Below, piece after piece: positions 62,027 through 64,000 of a stretch of 64,000 bases of DNA (the first letter of the stretch is position 1; each line of letters opens with the position of its first letter). A model generated the notes under the pieces. It ran no database searches. It saw nothing but the letters and a program-made list of their open reading frames with translations, and was not told where the DNA came from. The stretch spans positions 1,504,001 through 1,568,000 of the forward strand of contig OZ242376.1 of the NCBI GenBank assembly GCA_965209085.1. The letters are read 5' to 3'. The DNA comes from Nitrosopumilaceae archaeon (GTDB taxonomy: Archaea > Thermoproteota > Nitrososphaeria > Nitrososphaerales > Nitrosopumilaceae). The position numbers and the translations under genes are program-made.

Positions 62027-63398
62027 AGAGTTCATGCATAATCAACTGCAAAGACATACGGTTCCTACTATGACACTGTCATGATCAAAGTACGCATGGC
62101 CTAAAACCTTCAAGCAGACAACAAAATAAATCAAAATGTCACATGCATGACAAAAAGCAGAATATTATGCGTGATCGTGTGCACAAAAATGTGCTACTTG
62201 ATTTGAGGGCAAATTTTTTCCAACGGTTCGATATACTTGCGATCCTTTAACATGATGTGCAGATTGGTCAGTCCTATAACCACTTAGATTTCTGTATAAA
62301 ACGCATCCATTGTATCATCATATACGGCACTCATTCTACGGAACCATTTGAGCCGGTTTATGGCATGCTCTATTTTTATGCGCTTACGACTGATCCTCTT
62401 GCTATATTCGCGTTCTGTCTCTGTCAATCCCCTACCCTTTGGTTTTTTGTACGGCTGCTTTGAGATAATTCCAGGATAGTCTTTTTCCACGGACAAGTAT
62501 CCCTTGTCGGTGTAGAGTGTAATTTGGTGCTCTTTTTTTGTATCAGAGTTTTTCATGCCATCAGTCCATTTGCCAAAATTTGGCAGATTGCGCCGCAGTA
62601 CCTCCATGTCATGTACTGAGCCCTCTTCTGGTCCACCAATATCATTTACTACTCCATCTTTGTTTGAGGTTATCTGTACGTTGTAGACGTGTCTCTTGTG
62701 CTTTCCAGAGTATACTGCCTCTTGATTCTCCTGCGGTCTTTGAACCTGTACAAACGTGGCATCAAGATACAGCTCGCCGCCGCCTCTGCCGGGTACGAAT
62801 TTTTTAAACAACTCGATTGCACGTATTGTCCGTATTGCAGCACCAATATTCTTAGCCGTTGGAAGAATATCCATCAATAGTTCATCAGAAAATGTCAGAT
62901 ATCTGCTAATGGTGCTCTGATCAACGTCTGCAATGAACGCAAGTGCTCCCTGTTTGAGATTATTGCGTTTGCGGCACTGATAAACAAAACTTGCTTTACG
63001 GTAAGGATACAGGTGTTTCCAGGATCGTCCACATATTCTGAAAAGCGGAGAGTCTCTGATGAATTTTCTACGGTTTTTTTGAACCGTTCTAGAATCCATT
63101 CAAACTCTTCACGGTCCATTCCTGTCATTTCATATAGATGAACATCATTCCCAATTCCCTTGTTCAAATATTTGTCGACATGCTGTCTTTTGTCATCATT
63201 GCTACTCTGTGCCATCTTTTTGTAGTGTTGAATTTCTGATTCCTGCCTGGAACTATTCTTTTCCATCTTTAGGATCGTCTTTTCCAGTTTAGAGATCATG
63301 CGTTTGTCTGATTTGCACATGCTATGCTCACGTGATACTAGATCATAGATCTTTCGATTTGCCAAAATTGATTTTTTGGTTAATTATGCATGAGGTCT
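62027..63398 (-). mobile_element. IS5-superfamily (ISL2/DDE_Tnp_4-like) element with frameshifted transposase (ORFs 62895-63365 and 62284-63099)
   Basis: TIRs AGAGTTCATGCATAAT / ATTATGCATGAGGTCT; AAT duplication; HTH VDQSTISR, LDAT, YSGKHKRH, GSVHD, DKGY, RIKIEHAI. Confidence 0.9.
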
Positions 63399-63401
63399 AA
63401 T

Positions 63402-63691
63402 GACACAATGGATGCGTTTTATACAGAAATCTAAGTGGTTACAGGACTGACTAATCTGCACATCATGTTAAAGGATCGCAAGTATATCGAACCGTTGGAA
63501 AAAATTTGCCCTCAAATCAAGTAGCACATTTTTGTGCACACGATCACGCATAATATTCTGCTTTTTGTCATGCATATGATATTTTGATTTATTTTGTTGT
63601 CTGCTTGAAGGTTTTAGGCCATGCGTACTTTGATCATGACAGTGTCATAGTAGGAACCGTATGTTTTAGTGATTGATTATGCATGAGGTTT
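63402..63691 (+). repeat. Inverted, near-identical copy of the IS5-like element's 3' ~290 bp
   Basis: Reverse complement of ~62027-62315 with few mismatches. Confidence 0.92.
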
Positions 63692-63795
63692 ATTATATAT
63701 GTTGAGCATTTTCTTCAATTATTGATGAATAATGGTTGTGGGAATTAAATTTATAATTATTAAAAATTATATATGATTGAAATGTTTGAGGTTAT

Positions 63796-64000
63796 ATGTT
63801 GAAGTATAAAATAGGATTTTGGATTCTAGTTGTTGTTTTAGTTATTTGTTGTATCATTGCATACCATTTGTTTGAGGACAGATTTATACTACGTTTGCTT
63901 GGAATATTGGATTCAAGAGACGTTAATATTGTCGACAAATTGCCATATAAATATTATAAAGATGCGAAAACTCTAACTTACTCTTACGATAAACATGTAC
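63796..64000 (+). CDS. N-terminally membrane-anchored protein, partial
   Basis: MLKYKIGFWILVVVLVICCIIAYHLF... open to the window end; GAGGT upstream. Confidence 0.55.
   Translation, partial: MLKYKIGFWILVVVLVICCIIAYHLFEDRFILRLLGILDSRDVNIVDKLPYKYYKDAKTLTYSYDKHV

Noticed and set aside
62940-63010. Programmed -1 frameshift in the IS5-like transposase
   Set aside because: No clear slippery heptamer at the junction, and an additional premature stop suggests simple decay.

Overview
Chromosomal segment of an ammonia-oxidising-type archaeon, inferred to be Nitrososphaerota/Nitrosopumilaceae from gatE, nop10/aIF2-alpha, an archaeal SRP RNA, a stand-alone rpl2 and the cbi/cob cluster. Heavy IS/MITE decay and a giant FG-GAP/Ig surface protein suggest a host-associated lineage, but this is inference. 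Core genes include cdc48, rpl2, pelota, gatE, dnaJ-dnaK-grpE, RPA, Lhr, a RadB-like ATPase, Lsm, metK and six cobalamin genes. Accessory features: (1) a >1840-aa secreted adhesin missed by the ORF track; (2) an IS graveyard (IS110, IS5-like, IS66, IS481) holding an intact Panacea antitoxin plus membrane-toxin candidate beside a decayed tRNA-Leu(UAA); (3) an N-glycosylation region with an AglB-cyclophilin fusion and an AT-rich glycan island containing a NadE-like gene; (4) two IS families each nested in inverted orientation inside relics of their own family; (5) two ~80-bp MITE families with visible target-site duplications. All calls come from motif recognition by eye; no searches were run.
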